A stretch of DNA of 64,000 nt from assembly GCF_009914755.1 (NCBI RefSeq), contig NC_060933.1; one strand, given 5' to 3'. The notes below the pieces were generated by a model. It ran no database searches, was not told the DNA's origin, and saw only the letters and a list, made by a program, of their open reading frames with translations. This document shows, piece after piece, positions 11,648 to 26,242 of the stretch. Source of the DNA: the human T2T-CHM13v2.0 reference genome, Homo sapiens. How positions within the stretch are numbered: position 1 is the first letter of the stretch; every line of letters begins with the position of its first letter. The position numbers and the translations under genes are program-made.

Positions 11648-14600
11648 CTTTATCTTAAAACTCCAGGTAAAATAATTTACACGATTACAAAGAGAGAATA
11701 CTCCTTCTAGAACTTTTAACCTCAACTTCCCAAGCAAGATAAAGTCTGCAAGACTTTCTGGAATTAGTTACTGCTATACAGTAATACTGATACTGAGACA
11801 TGAACTTTGGGACATACTGCATGGAGTTTGGGAGCTGAGGACTGTATATATGGTGGTGTGTATGCTTGGAATTTGGATAACAGACATCCTGAAATTAAAC
11901 TCACTCACTGTGGTGTTCCTGGAATTTTTTGATGGATAGGCTTTGCAGAGCTTGCCCGTACCGCCTTTAATGAATTACTTTCCATCTATGCACATGTACT
12001 ATGGAACCAGGTAAAGAGGGGAATGAGAGCCTCTTTGCAGCCAACCCAGATTATGGCTCTTAATTACTGCAAGTCATTTATGGATAGAAGTTAATGCTAG
12101 GATTTATGAATTGAGGATTATGGCCTTTGATCTCAAATTTACTTTTAAAGAAGAAAAAGGAATGGTGACTTTTAGTACGGCTGATTGCCACAGTCATAGT
12201 GATAAGATGCTCTGCTCTTGAACGTCAGTACACATTGCATTTTTGACTCGAAGTAAATGTTCCGTTGTGACTCATACTTGGTTTTATGGGCAGAAAATGA
12301 ACATTTACTGTCCAAAATAAATCTACACTCAAAATATTAATAGCAATGCACATTTTTTAAACCAGAGTGTTCTGGGCAGGCAGCTTAGTAAACCTCATCT
12401 GAAGGTTTGATTCCAAAATTTGCACACACTGATCCAAACAAATGTGATTGTAGTTTTTCCTGTCACATTTATAACATGCCAGAACTTCCTCAGAAGGTAA
12501 CAAGGCAGGAAGAGAACAAGGTAAAAATGTAGCAAATGAATAGGTTGCATTGATTCCTTGATGGGGAAGGAATGTTTGTTCTGATTATATTCTGACAAAT
12601 CTGATCTGCGCTATAATTTTGAAGTAGGGAAGAAAGCCATTTGGTACAAACTGAAAAAGTCCAGGAGATTCATCAAATAGAGTAATCAGACAGTGATTCA
12701 ATATTTTATACATTCCCACTTCTTAATGATTTGCATCATTGTAGCTAAGAAATTATAATGCTGCATTGCAAGTGCTATAAATATAGAAATAAATTTTTAA
12801 TTTTTCATAGAAATTTAAAGGTAAACTACATTTCAAGCATGAATGAACTATAAGTTTTAGCTGTTCTGAAAAATACAAAGAACAGAATGTTTAGGTATGC
12901 TTTATGACTTGTGGAGCAAGCGATTTATGAAAGGTGTCTCATTTTTTCCATATGGGATGTGTTACTTGTATACACCATTAGTTTGTCTCATCTTTCCTTC
13001 TTTGTGATTTTTTTAAGTGTGTGTTATTTTCCCATTATATTGCATCATAAAGCAAATTACCAGTATACATTACTTTTTTGATATTTTCATATGGAAGTAT
13101 GATCTCATTATACTTTAGTAAAACTTTCCCATTCAGGAATAGATTGTTTTGCTATCCATTTGGTAAACGCATTATATCCCTCTGTGATATCTTGAATATT
13201 CATATATGTATTAGAGCATATAATTTGACTTATGTGGAATGAAAAGGTATGTATGCTTATTTCAGAAGGACTTAAAACATATCATATTTAAATTACAATA
13301 ATTGTATTATAAAGATAAAATTAAAACAAACCTAGGTTTGTTTTATGCCTGCATTTAAATTAAGTGGAAATCTGAGAGTTATGCTACAAAAGGAAGAACT
13401 GACTGATGTTTACATACATCCCTTTGCAAAGCAATAACAGCATTAGTAATAGCTGTCATGTATTTTGTGTCTGAATGTGGCTAGTTGTTTGAAAATCATT
13501 ACAATAAATCCTTACAATAATCATACAGATAAGACATTTTAAACCCGTTTTTTCAGGCAATGAAATAAGCTTGCATTTGAACCCAAAGGTCAAATAATGG
13601 AGAGAATAGAACATGTTTGCTTCGTATGGTGGTTGTAAATATTTAAGAACAATGAAAACAGTGGTGCAGGTTGGTCTGTACCCTTTGTTGCAGATATTTA
13701 GGCTTTCTGCATCATCTTGATCATTAAAGATATGTACAATATCATGAGCACTTGTTAAACTTGCTCATTAACTGCCCCCTTTAGCATTAAATTTAATTAT
13801 TGGCTTAAGAGATTGTGACCTTTAGCCTGTTGTGTACTTGATTTAGAACTAGAAGTGTGGCATCATCAGCTCAACCTTCAAACTTGATAGAGAAATTGAA
13901 TTGAGGGGCTTGTTTTTCCTATAGTCTTTTTTTTGTTTTTGTTTTCATTTACACATTGCAAGGATTCTGTCTATTCTTGGACTTATTTGGGGCAATTTCT
14001 AAAGGTCTCTGTAACTTAATTGGAAAACATCCTGTCTATTTTGTGGCAAGCCCAGTTTCTACCTTATTAAAATATCCCTCATTTCACTGACAGCTGAATC
14101 ATCTGTATCATGACTAGGTTCTTGAGTGTGTACAAATATTGAAGGTTGTTCAGCCTTCATTCTGTCAAAATCCTTTCCCCTTGGAACTTATTTCTGAGAG
14201 GATGGGTGTTGAATCTATTTTACGTTACCACCCATATTTTCATGCACAGAACTTATATCATAAATTTATATTCTGGACACAGTAGGACAGTAGTACTGAT
14301 CAAGAGATTTCATTTGATATTCAGGTGAAATTAAGCTACATAATGCCATTTTCTCAATCCTCCCATTCTGCTTTCTCGTATTTATTCTCTCTCCTTTGTC
14401 CCAATTGTTTAGCTCAAAAAGAATGTGGCAAAAACCATGACCGGCCATTGACATATGTGTCCATCTACACTTGAAGTCAAATCACTTCTTGTCAGAAAGG
14501 CATTTAATCAAATTTGCATTTGCCTTTTGTTTCTTTTAAACGGTTTTAAGCTCTTTTGCCTGCTATTGTGAGAGTTGCAAGAGTAACACTAGGAATTATA

Positions 14601-17434
14601 ATAAAGTACATGTGTTTTCCTGTTGAATTTCTTTTTCTTCTCTGTACTAATTTATACATGGCAACTAGTCAAACACAATAGCCCATTCCCTTCAGTCCCT
14701 CTGGCACTCTCTCCCACTATTATCTAAGTGGATCTATCTTGGATGGGGAGAAGCACCCTTAGCTTGTGGAATGAATGTTAAGTCCCTTATTTACAGGAGA
14801 CCGCGGCCTGTTCCAGCAGCATGTATGTCAGTGTGTTCATGTGCATGCACAAGCACTTTTCTATAATTGTTCACTCTACACAGATTTCTTTTTCTCAGAC
14901 CTAGATTGTCTTTAAATCAAGCTTGAAGACTTTTCGCATAGATCTACAGAACGCTATGAAGCATTTAAAATTTAAAAATCACTTTCTTCATGTTTTTGTG
15001 AAGTTTCTTGTCTAGACATGGCCAGCTACATTTTTGTTTACTCAGGCTCCTGTTTTTAGTGTTTCAGTGTGTTCAGGACCACTTTCTGGCCCCCATTATT
15101 ATTTTCACATAACACCATTTCTGTTGCTTCATATAAGTTGAGGGAAGAGTGTCCAATAGTGGTCACTAGTGAACTACAGAAGAATCTTGTTACACCAGGA
15201 AAGTTTTTCCTTGAAAAAGCATATGGAAATTGAAGTCTTTTGAGAGACAAAGAGAATGAATAAATAAATGCATGTATGTATTTGTGCATTTGTATGTTTT
15301 AATACATGTTGATGCCCATTTACTATTATGTATGTATAAATTGGAAAGCAGTCTTCTAACACACCATGGAGTAGGCTATTACTCTAACTTAGGAGATTCA
15401 CATCTCCTAAGTTGATTCTATCCTACTAACAATATTACAGTTAGGGTTTGCAATTTTTATCAGTTAAGTGTCGTTAACTCTATACAAGTTACTCATGTTT
15501 TTTAAAAACTTAGTTTACTTGGGCTGTATTTTGCTTGGGGATTATATTAGCATGAGACATGGTCTGGTGTTTTGGTTCTCCCCTTTATTATGGCTTACTC
15601 AGAATATAATTTTAAACTCTTCCAGGAAAAATACTGGGTCCTATGAATTTCTGCTTTTCCCGAAGCACCTAGTAGAGTGCCGTGTAGATACAGTTTGTGA
15701 ACTAAATGAAGAGAAAAAATGACTTACAGAGACTATCGAAGGGTTCTTTAATTCTTCATATTTTCAGTGATTCTTAAATTCATATGTGTAGTTCTGTTTC
15801 TTTGGTCAAGTGACAGCTCTGCTTTTAATTCATGTATCTTCCAGTTTCCAGGAATGACACGCTCTCAGGTCCAGCTATGTAAGTTTAATTGTGCCCTCCT
15901 CTCAGTAAGCATATTCTACTGTTTCTGTGGTCTCATGAGTAGAGTGACCCAGAAGTGACCTCTTCGTAGCATAAGGACCGGAGCCTTTTCTTGAGTGAGA
16001 GCATTCCTTCAATCACCATGAATAACCTACTGGTTAACTGTATTGAGATAATCACAGGAAAATGTGTCTAAATCAAGTTTTACAGTCTTGTCATTGTTAC
16101 TAACTTTCTTCTTTTAGAGAGCTGGCTTCAAACTTTGTGTTTTCACCAGAATGAGACAAGTGCGTGTCATTTTCTGTCTACATCATAAAAACCATACCAT
16201 GTGGTTGAATTTTGGCTTGATTGGCAGTACTGGCTCATGAGCGGCTTAGGACTGGCATACCAGAGGTGATGTAAGTCCTAAAGGATCCTAATTGAAATAG
16301 GCCAGCACAGCTGTGTGGGGAGCCTGCCTGCTAACTGGGGTAAGCTGTTGCTATCAACCCCTTCTTTCCATGAGCTCAAAAATAAATGACTAAATCTCCC
16401 CAATTCCCGAACTTCAAGATTAAAACCTACATTGAATAAAGCTTAACTGTTCTGTTTTGCCTCTCAGGGACTCTGTTAACTGGAGCACCCAGCATGGAGG
16501 GCAGTTAGTTAAGTTTTCTGGCCACGTCAAGAAGATGCCCAATGGCTGTAATCTGCAGCCAACAGTGACCTCAGGCTTTTTGTTTATTGTCTTTCCCAAG
16601 AAACTCAGTATTCATAAATCCATTAAAAAGTTTTGCTGTATCCACAAGCATTCTTTATTTTGATTAGAGAAATATATTTTATCTCATGAAGTAATTGTAA
16701 CCTTTATTAGGAGAAATACCATAATTTCTGTGTTCAAATAGCCCCATCCCAAATTCTACCCATATATAGCTATGTGTACAGTCAGCGCTTAGTAATTGCT
16801 TGTCAGAAGGCATAAATAATTCATTGTAATCTCTAAAATATTTTATATGTAATTTTTATAGTTCTTGGGCTACTTTGCATTTATCTGTGCCATCGCCCAT
16901 CTCTTACTTATCTTACACTTCTTTCTGTCCCACAAAGCTGTGGGGGACAGCAGAAGGTGTGACTTGTTCCTCCTGCCTCTTTCAGAATGCCTGGTAATTT
17001 GATCTCAATAAACGTGGGTGAATGAATAAATAAATGGAAAAATAAGAATGACTTGGCAAGAAAAGGTGAAAACAGGGAAAAGTACAAGTAGGAAGGAAAA
17101 ATGTCAGCATTCATTTTACATGTGAAGCGTTTCACTATTTCTGGTTTTGGTAAGACCAAGTCATCAACGCTAAGAAACGCAAAAGAGGTATATATTCTGT
17201 ATTCCTTTCTCTGTCTTTTAAATATACGTAGCCACACACTGAACAACAATTAACCCCTTTTGCTCTTGTTAATTAGAATGAATCATTTTGGATGTTTCAT
17301 ATATTTTTTATCCATTTAGTTCTCAAATATTTTTCCTTTTTCAAAACTTGTCCTCAGGAAGAAAACGATACTTACATTAGTCACAGTTTTGTAAAACTTG
17401 AAGGTACTTAAAATAAACTCTCATGTTAGCAGAG

Positions 17435-17860
17435 ACAATGCTGTGGATTCACTAAAACCTGTTTCTTCTTGCTACTGGGCACAATGATAAACTGTATTTG
17501 CCAGCCTTCCCTGTGACTGGATGGTACTATGTAATTGAGTTCTCATCAGTGAAAAATAGCTAGAAGTACTATATGGCACTTGTAGGCCTGATCCCTCAGC
17601 CTATGTGATCCTCCAAGCATCAAACACTCTCTCTTTACCCACCTGCTGGATGCAGAGAATCCACTAGAAAAAACTTCATGACTCTAAGGAATGGCAAAGC
17701 CACCAAGTGGAAGTCTAGGTCCCTGAATGACTACATGGAGCACAGCCCCTCAGTGTCACTCTCACAGACTTACACTGTGAACATTCATTTAACCATGAGC
17801 AAGAAACAAACTTTGTTGTGTGAAAACCCTGAAATTTTGGGAAAGGTGTTGTTTGTTATG
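17435..17860. mobile_element. MLT1 (MaLR) solo LTR
   Basis: ccagccttccctg...tgagttctc; ggtccctgaatgactacatggagcacagccc; agcaagaaacaaactttgttgtgtgaa. Confidence 0.75.
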
Positions 17861-18517
17861 CTGAAAACTTTTAAGAAATAACATATGCTTCAAATTTAGA
17901 TGCTATACATGCCAGTACTTACTCATAAGTAAGTACTAATACCGTTTTCCATTTATTATATGGGAAAAGAGAACTAACAAGATGCCACATCATTCTAATG
18001 GTGGTTTGATCTTTGCGGTTTGCAATTTACTGCATACCTGAAGTGTGATAAGTAGTTGGGGGTATGTGTCAGTACTACAGGGAAAATAGGAAAATGGGTC
18101 CATTTTTAAAACATAGAATCTGGAAGTGGATGAGGGAGTGGTAGAAAATGAGGAAAGAAAACCAAAGAGGCAAGGCTGTGGTGAAACAGTTGAAATCTCC
18201 TGGGACAGAGTGGGATCAAACAGTGAGGCCAAGAACATAGAAGCACACAGATCCAAGGGGGAGGCAAATATAACAGAAAAAGATGCTGAGAAGCTGAAAC
18301 CAGGGTGCAACACTGAAACTGCTCCAAGGGCAGAATGTCAGAAAATCAGAGTGAACAATTCACAGAGAGGGAACAGACTCACAAAGGCAAAGTAAACAAA
18401 TGTTTTGTACAGCGATATATAAAGTAAACCACACTTCTTGAATATCCCTAGTTTCAAACAATCTTTAACACATTTTTCTTGGAGGTGTCTGAGTGCCATG
18501 AAAGAACAGTGGTTTTA

Positions 18518-18690
18518 GGCTGGGTGCAGTGGCTCACATCTGTAATCCCAGCACTCTGGGAGGCCGAGGAGGGTGGATCACCTGAGGTCAGGAGTTCGAG
18601 ACCAGCCTGGCCAACATGGTGAAACCCCATCTCTACTAAAAATACAAAAATTAGCTGGGCATGGTGGCAGGCATCTATAATCCCAGCTAC
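18518..18690 (+). mobile_element. AluS, 3'-truncated (no tail, no 3' TSD)
   Basis: Left arm plus start of right arm, ends abruptly at tcccagctac. Confidence 0.92.
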
Positions 18691-20800
18691 GGAGATTAAG
18701 TCACAATCTCTACAGTGAAGAGCTTGGAAGTGTGTTGGACATTTTGTTGTCAAGAGTTTTTTTTTTTTTTAATTTTTCAAAACACAACTCTTCTGTAGGC
18801 AACAGTTCTGTGATGGACATTATTATTTTCAATTTCCCCACAAGCTGGTTCATCTTGTAAATAACTCTCTGCACCTGCTTAGACGCTGTTTGTTTAATCC
18901 TTTTATCCCTGTGTAAATGTAAATTATGGCTTTCCATAGATTATGAATGTGTTATTTTCAAATTATCAATCACTATTTGACTCTGAACATGAAAAGTTAT
19001 TTTTACTGTTTCTATAGTTTATAGTCTCAATTTGTGCAACAGAACACACTGGAACAATTTTTTAGTTAATATTCTTTAGGGAAAAACTATTTTCAAGATA
19101 AATGGTTATCTTTGTGAGAATTACCATTATGTGTGACCAATGTCTAGAGAGTTTTCATCTGCCCCACTATCACTGGGGAACCTGCTGCCAGATTACAATC
19201 TGTACATAGTTTCCACTACATTGTGCTTTCTTGGCAACAACCAAAATCCACGCAAAAAACAAATAGATTCCATTTGGAATTATATTTCTGTCAGTGCAAT
19301 TACTATATGAGGTTGTATCTCCCATCCTCATTAGAATTATACCTAAAGTTCTTATTAAAATAAATTAATTACAATAAGACCAAGATGACCTTGTGCATCA
19401 AAAGTAGGATAGTTGAAAGAAAGGGAATAGCAGAAAAATCACGTGCATGAACATATGCCGTTTATAATACAGGAGATTTATTCCACTTCTGAGGCAAGAA
19501 ATTGCCGGACTCTAATAGTTTCACCACCTGTGAATTATTTGGGTGCACCTCATAAGCGGGTTCTTTCTTCTATTTGTTTAAAGAAATAAGTGGTATGTTT
19601 GCCAATTCTACACTACATTAATTTTCACGGAGTTTCCATTTTCATCTTCATTGCTTTTTCAGATTTTTTTCCAAAGCTTCTGCCATTCTCCAGCTAAAGC
19701 TTTGGGTATTTTCCCCTTCAATTTTTGTCCAGGGACTTTCTCTAAGTCAATTCAGTTTGTTGGCATAAATGTTGGGATGAAAAGAGCGTGATAACCTAAG
19801 ACATCCTGACATAAATTCCAAGAGCACTACAGAAATGAGACAGGAAATTGTGAGCAACCTATAATAAATTCAAACTGTCCAATAAAATAAATATACCTCA
19901 CTTTGTTCCCATAGTAAGGTATGGTAGGGTATCTGATTTCTCAGCCTCCTTTGCTGGCTGTAATCTCAGTCACCATTTGAAGTCTGTATGAGTATTGTTA
20001 GAATATTGTACTTCATCAATACAACTAGGAATGAAAAAGGTTAATGGAAACAATAAGAACTCCTACTGTTCAGGTGTGCTTAAGTGAGATTTGGTGGGAA
20101 CGTTTTCAGAACTAGCCGGTTCTTTTTTTCTAGCTGTTATAACCATTTGTCACTGAGACCTAATATAATTTCCCTGATATACTACACACTTTTAGTTCTT
20201 ATTTGGGGCTTGTAACTGGTCTGAGATAACAAACATGCTTTGAAATTACTGTTATGAGGTTAATTGGCATTTAAATTCCCAGCCCATAGATTCATAGAAT
20301 GGTTTTAGAATTAAAGGGAACCTTTGATGCATGCGGAATGTGACCTCAGTTGACTGGTATCTCTTTGAAGGCAGGGGTTTTGTTTTATTTTGTCCTGAAT
20401 ATCTTTGTATCTCTAGCACCAGACAAAGAGTTTGATATAGAAAAAGTGTTTGATGTGTTTGTTTGAATAAATTAATTAGTTGCCTATTCCAGCCCTTTCA
20501 TTTTGCAGATAATTTAATTTAAAATAAATGTCTGTAAAGAGATTCGAGTTATATTTATCACGAGCATCTAGTACATAGGATCCAGATACTGGAATCTTGT
20601 GCTGTTTCCTTGTGTCTGTTCTCCTTCTATTGAGTTCATTCTCCTGTATTATACTGTGTGGCCCCTTTAGGACCTTTAAATAGCAGCCATCATGCTGGCT
20701 TTGGTAGAGAGGGATTGAAATGTTGAAATGTCACATGCGGAAGAAACCAAGGATCGAATGAAGCTGCTGCAAAACAATCTTGAGTTAAAACTCAAAGATC

Positions 20801-21206
<406 letters not shown>

Positions 21207-22279
21207 TCATACCAATAAGCCTCATTTATCTTGTTTCCCTATTAATGAAAAATGTGGATAATTTGGTGATGTATGTGTGAAAATAACTTCATATGGGATC
21301 TTGCATGTAGCACGTCTCTGAGAAGTGCTAGCTTTCTTTCCTCCCTCAGTGCAAAATAGCATCTTCATTGAGAGCCTGCTATATATCAGGCACTGTGCTA
21401 GGTACTGGCTATGCTATATTGAACAAAACAGACATGGTCCTAAAGATGAGTCCTTCTACATAGAATGTCGGTAAGGATTTGGCACAGGGGTGAGGAAGAC
21501 AGGAATTAATTGGTCAGTACTTTCCATTGGTTTTATGTTGCTGTCATGATATTATTTTCTTTAAACTGTATATTTAACTATTGCTGATGTAACGGGGTTT
21601 CTGCCTAAAGAAATAGACACATTAATTCATTATTTATAGTGATTCAAGAAAGAATGTGTTAGAAAAACTCTAAATCTCTAAAGATTTATATTTAAGGTCA
21701 TTTCTTTGACTTTTGCTTCTTTTTCCTGAAATCCTCTTTTTTAGGAATACTGAAACCTAAGCTTAATGGGTGTATTACTTTGTCTCTGTGTTTATTTGAT
21801 ACATAAACACCTGTCTTTTCAATCTAGAGCTATGCTAAAGTAGTAAAACCTTTAAACCAGTCCCTCTTTCAGGCAAATAAAAGGCCAGTCAGCTGCATAT
21901 AGAAGGCTAATGACAGTAGGTTTTCCCACAAAAGGTTTGCTAACTTCAGTTTGCTGGTGCTGGGACTTTTATTAAGCAGGACTGTCTTGGCTGCAGGCTC
22001 CAGGATTTTGATTTTAAGAAACTCGATCAGTGGGTTTTGCCCATTTGAGAGTTCTAGATGATTTAAAGCAGTGATTCTCAGACTTTTGGATTTCATAGAC
22101 TATTAAAATTTCAGAAAAAAAATAAGGCTGGTTGGCAGGTAGGTAGGAGTTACGGAAAGTAGAGACAAGTTTCTAATTTTTTGTATTGTTAACTAAGGAC
22201 GCTAATAAAATAAATTTCTCTCACCATAGTTTCATCAATGAAATAACATTAGTTAATACTCAAGAGAGTACTTGCTTCA

Positions 22280-22480
22280 ATGTAAGAAGCACTTTACATA
22301 TACTGCATTAAATTATCTAATTCTCATAAGAACCCTATGGATGGAGCCATGACAATTTTCCATCTTGACAAGGAAACTGAGGCACAGAGAGGTTATGTAA
22401 CATGCCTAAGATCACTCAGTCGGTAGGGGAAGGGTACAGATTCGAACTGAGGCAGAGTTCATTCATGTCTCAACTCTCCG
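22280..22480 (-). mobile_element. MIR
   Basis: ggaaactgaggcacagagaggttatgtaacatgcctaagatcac. Confidence 0.8.
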
Positions 22481-23677
22481 GTTTTCTTTTACCAGTACAA
22501 GAAATTAAAGGTCATTTGAAAAAGCCAAAAGTCCCAGGTACATGATTTCAGAAGAAAAAAAATAACTAAACACATTTAGCCTTATGGAAAGCTAACCAAT
22601 GTCCTTATTCTCTTTATTCTATGTGTCAACACATACTTTGTCATGGATTGGCCTGCTGTCTGCCAGTCACTTTCCTTGAAACACAAAGATGAACAAGACA
22701 GTCTTACTCCCCAGGAAGCTCACAGGCACCAAAGTTTTTAAAAAATAATAGACCGAGGCAGAGCAGAGGATATGAGTTTCTGTAGTAGCACAAAGAAGAA
22801 AACAAAGAATGGGAGGGATGCTGGCATTTTTCTGTCTGATGTGTCCCAGGCACTGTCCTAGTAGAGAATAACTCAATGGAAGTTCATCAGGCAGATAAGA
22901 GAGGGAAGAGGGGGCATTGCCAGCAGAGGGACTTGCACGGCAAAGGCCCAGAAGAAGGAAAGGGAAGGTAAGTTCAAGGAACAGTGAGTGAATCCCTATA
23001 GCTGGAGCACAGCCAGATCATGCAGGGTGTTGCAGGCCACCCCCAGAAGCTCTGACCCAAGTTTTTGTTTTAGAAAGACAGCTGGGATGGCCACATAGAG
23101 TGGAAAGGCCTGGAGAAGGGAGGCCAAAAGTTACAAGATTATTACACCTCTCCTGGTGAGAAGCCACGAAGGCAGTAGCACCAGCAGCAGCAGTAGTGAT
23201 GACAAAGAAGCGTAAACATCCAGCTGTAAGGCTACATAGTTACTGGTAGCAAAAACCTCTTGTGGGCTCCCTTTGCTGTACATCTTGAGGCCTCAGAGGC
23301 TCTTATAAAGTGCCAGCTGGGTGCTAGGGTTCTTTAGATCCCACTGTTTAGCATAGAACCAGGGCTTGGAACTGAGTCAGTGTTCAACAAATGTTTGCTG
23401 AATGAAAGTGTGAAAGAGTTAGTAATTTTATTCAAGGCCTCCCAGTTAAAATTTTTGACCTACAGTTAGGGATTATTTTTCCCAAATTATTGAAGGTGTT
23501 CGGGAACAACCAATGTATCTGTATCCTAAAAAGTTAAGAACTTTCTGTCATTCAGCAAAGTGTGAATTCAGGCCCAAGTTTTCTGAAGAGACTGCCAAAC
23601 TGTTGTGACTTAACCCTTTATTCACTCTCAGCGAGCTTTTAAAAATAGAGGCTATTTCAAAAGGGCAATCCTGGCCT

Positions 23678-23968
23678 AGCCAGCATGGTGGCCCACACCT
23701 GTAGTCTCAGCTCTTTGGGAGGCCAAGGCAGGAGGATCGCTTGAGCCCAGGAGTTCAAGACCAACCTGGGCAACATGGCAAAACCTCATCTCTAAGAAAA
23801 AATGCAAAAATTAGACAGGCATGGTAGTGCGTGCCTGTAGTCCTAGCTACTCAGGAGGCTGAGGTGGGAGGATTGCTTGAGCTGGAGAGATGGAGGCTGC
23901 AGTGAGCCGAGATTGTGTTGACTGCACTCCAGCCTGGGTGACAAAGTGAGACCTTGTCTCAAAAAAAA
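23678..23968 (+). mobile_element. AluJ
   Basis: J diagnostics ggaggatcgcttgagcccaggagttc, ggaggctgcagtgag. Confidence 0.92.
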
Positions 23969-25134
23969 GCGGAGTGGGAGTGAAAATCCTGTGCTTTTTG
24001 AAAGCTTTACCTCCCTCGTGTAACACAAAGCCCATAACAGGGAGTCATTTTTGTACCTTTGAGTGATTATTGTTGTCTGAGGCTGTAGTAGTTTCCCATG
24101 TGTGATCTTCATCTGTTTTCTCACCAAATAGCGTCCTACTCCACTCCTTAGATTCATGTCACAATTACGAATCTTTACATGGGATGCCAGCAAATCTCTT
24201 TGCCCTGATTCTTGCAGCTTTTCACATTGTCTAACATAGGCATCACACGTGAAGTTCCCTTTGAAAACAGCTAAAAATGCCGGTAAAAGATGTAGCATTA
24301 ATGGTCTAAATGTATCTGCCCTGATTAAATATTAATTGTGGTCTTCAGAAAATAATCAGGCCATATCTGAAATTCCTCAATTTATCATTTTATACTAAAA
24401 AACATGATTTGAAAAAATAACTCCTAAGTTATACTAAAGTGAGTTAAATGTCACATAAACTCTTTATATTGTTTCTTTATTAATCAGATTGCTAAGGCGT
24501 CAGATTTTTAATCAGGCATTGGAATCTCGTGTATAGAATTTATTTTCCTAATTATAAACGAATAGTCTCCACTGTGCATGTAGCTCTTTACACAGCATTA
24601 GTACAAAATTGATTATAGCTTGGCCTCACCTCATAAAGTAGATATGCTTTGGAACAGCATCAAATAGGTATTTATGTTTTAAATCACATGGTCCTTCTGA
24701 CTTTCATTCTAATTTTGGACGATTACCACTTTTACTTTCCTTCCTCCTTCCCTGAAATTGACTGCAAACAGCATGAAAATGTCTTTAGACTTAGCAAAAG
24801 GGGAAAAAAAGTTAATTTCAGTCTCCTCCTAGGTGCCAAGTACTGTGCTATTTGTTTATGTATGTCGTGTCATATAAGCCTGACCACAGATCACAACCCA
24901 TTTTACCGGTAAGAAAACTGAGTACCAAAACCTAAAAGGTGTTATGAATTTCCTAACTTTTCATGTATGCGTATTCAGTGCTTAGAGCAAACAAATCTTA
25001 CTGAAATATGCAGTACAGATTATTTTCCATGTTGTTTGAACTATGTTTTTGGCCTTGGTTAGCAGGAGCCTCCCCAGTGTGCTGAGCGATTTCCACAGCT
25101 TCAGAACCAAGTTCATTGCAGTTCACAGCTTGTA

Positions 25135-25309
25135 CCGTATTTCATCGATCCTAAGACACAAATTTTTTTTCTGATTATAGCAACTTGAATGAATTTCATA
25201 ATTATAGCAGCCATAGTTTAGTGAGTGGCATTTTTAAAAGGGTTCGTAATGGCATATAAAATAGGAATGTCACTTCAGTCTATAGCATCTTAGGTTTGAT
25301 GCAATGCTG
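25135..25309. mobile_element. Tc2/mariner-type MITE (MER104-like) with degenerate TIRs and TA TSDs
   Basis: TA-ccgtatttcatcgatcctaag ... cttaggtttgatgcaatgctg-TA. Confidence 0.65.
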
Positions 25310-26242
25310 TATCAGTCTTTCCAATATCTAACGAATAGAAGCAAAGCTAGGCTTAAGATTCAGATGCAGAAATACGATTATGGAACCCTCTCATTCCCTA
25401 TCATCTGATGTGGATTATTCCCGCCTTTATTTACTGATCTCCCCAATCTGAGGGCCTGGAGAGAGTCTGTATGTTTGTCTTACCTTAGATCTGTTCTGTC
25501 ACCTATCAAGATCAAAACCCTCTGCCCAGGACCTCCTTTATTCTTAATCTAGGGGCGCCTGTTTCCTTATCTGGAAGCAAGTGTACCATAATTCAGTAGC
25601 TTCCCACGTTTGGTCAGTAGCCAAATCAGCCAGACACTTGTTAAAATTATGAAGGCTCCGGCCCCTCCTACTTCAATGAGTATAGACCTCTGTGTATTTT
25701 ATTAGCTTTCTTGGTAATTCTGATACACACCAACATTTGATAACCACAGAAATAGTGGTTAAGAGATAGACTGCCTGGATTTCAACCCTGGTTCCACCAG
25801 TGTAACCTTTCTGTCATTTTCTGTGCCCCAGTTTCCTTGCCTGTAAAACAGGGGTCAACAATGGCATGTACCTCAAAGGATCATTGTGAAGTTTAATAAA
25901 ACAAGTCATGCAACCTACTCAGCACAGTACCCCACACAGGTAGCAGGTGCCCAATAAACATCAGCAATTATTACTCTCTCCCTGCAAGGCTGAAATTTCC
26001 CTACCTCATTCCAGAAACCAACCTCTTGTCTTTCCCTGGATTCACAGCAGCTGACAGTTTTGCCTCGTAACTACAGTCTTCCATGCAATCTCAAAGAAAG
26101 GGACTGAGAGGAAAAACTAAGATTGCTTTTGAATTTGTGGGGTCTGGAGCACATTGAAGCCAGTAAGTCTAAGACAGAATAAAGATAAAAGTTGGTTCAA
26201 GAAAGTCATCCAGTGAATTCACTCATAAATGCTTGTCTAATT

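Noticed and set aside
23843-24298. 151-aa minus-strand ORF
   Set aside because: Ends in an AluJ, non-ATG start, no recognisable domain
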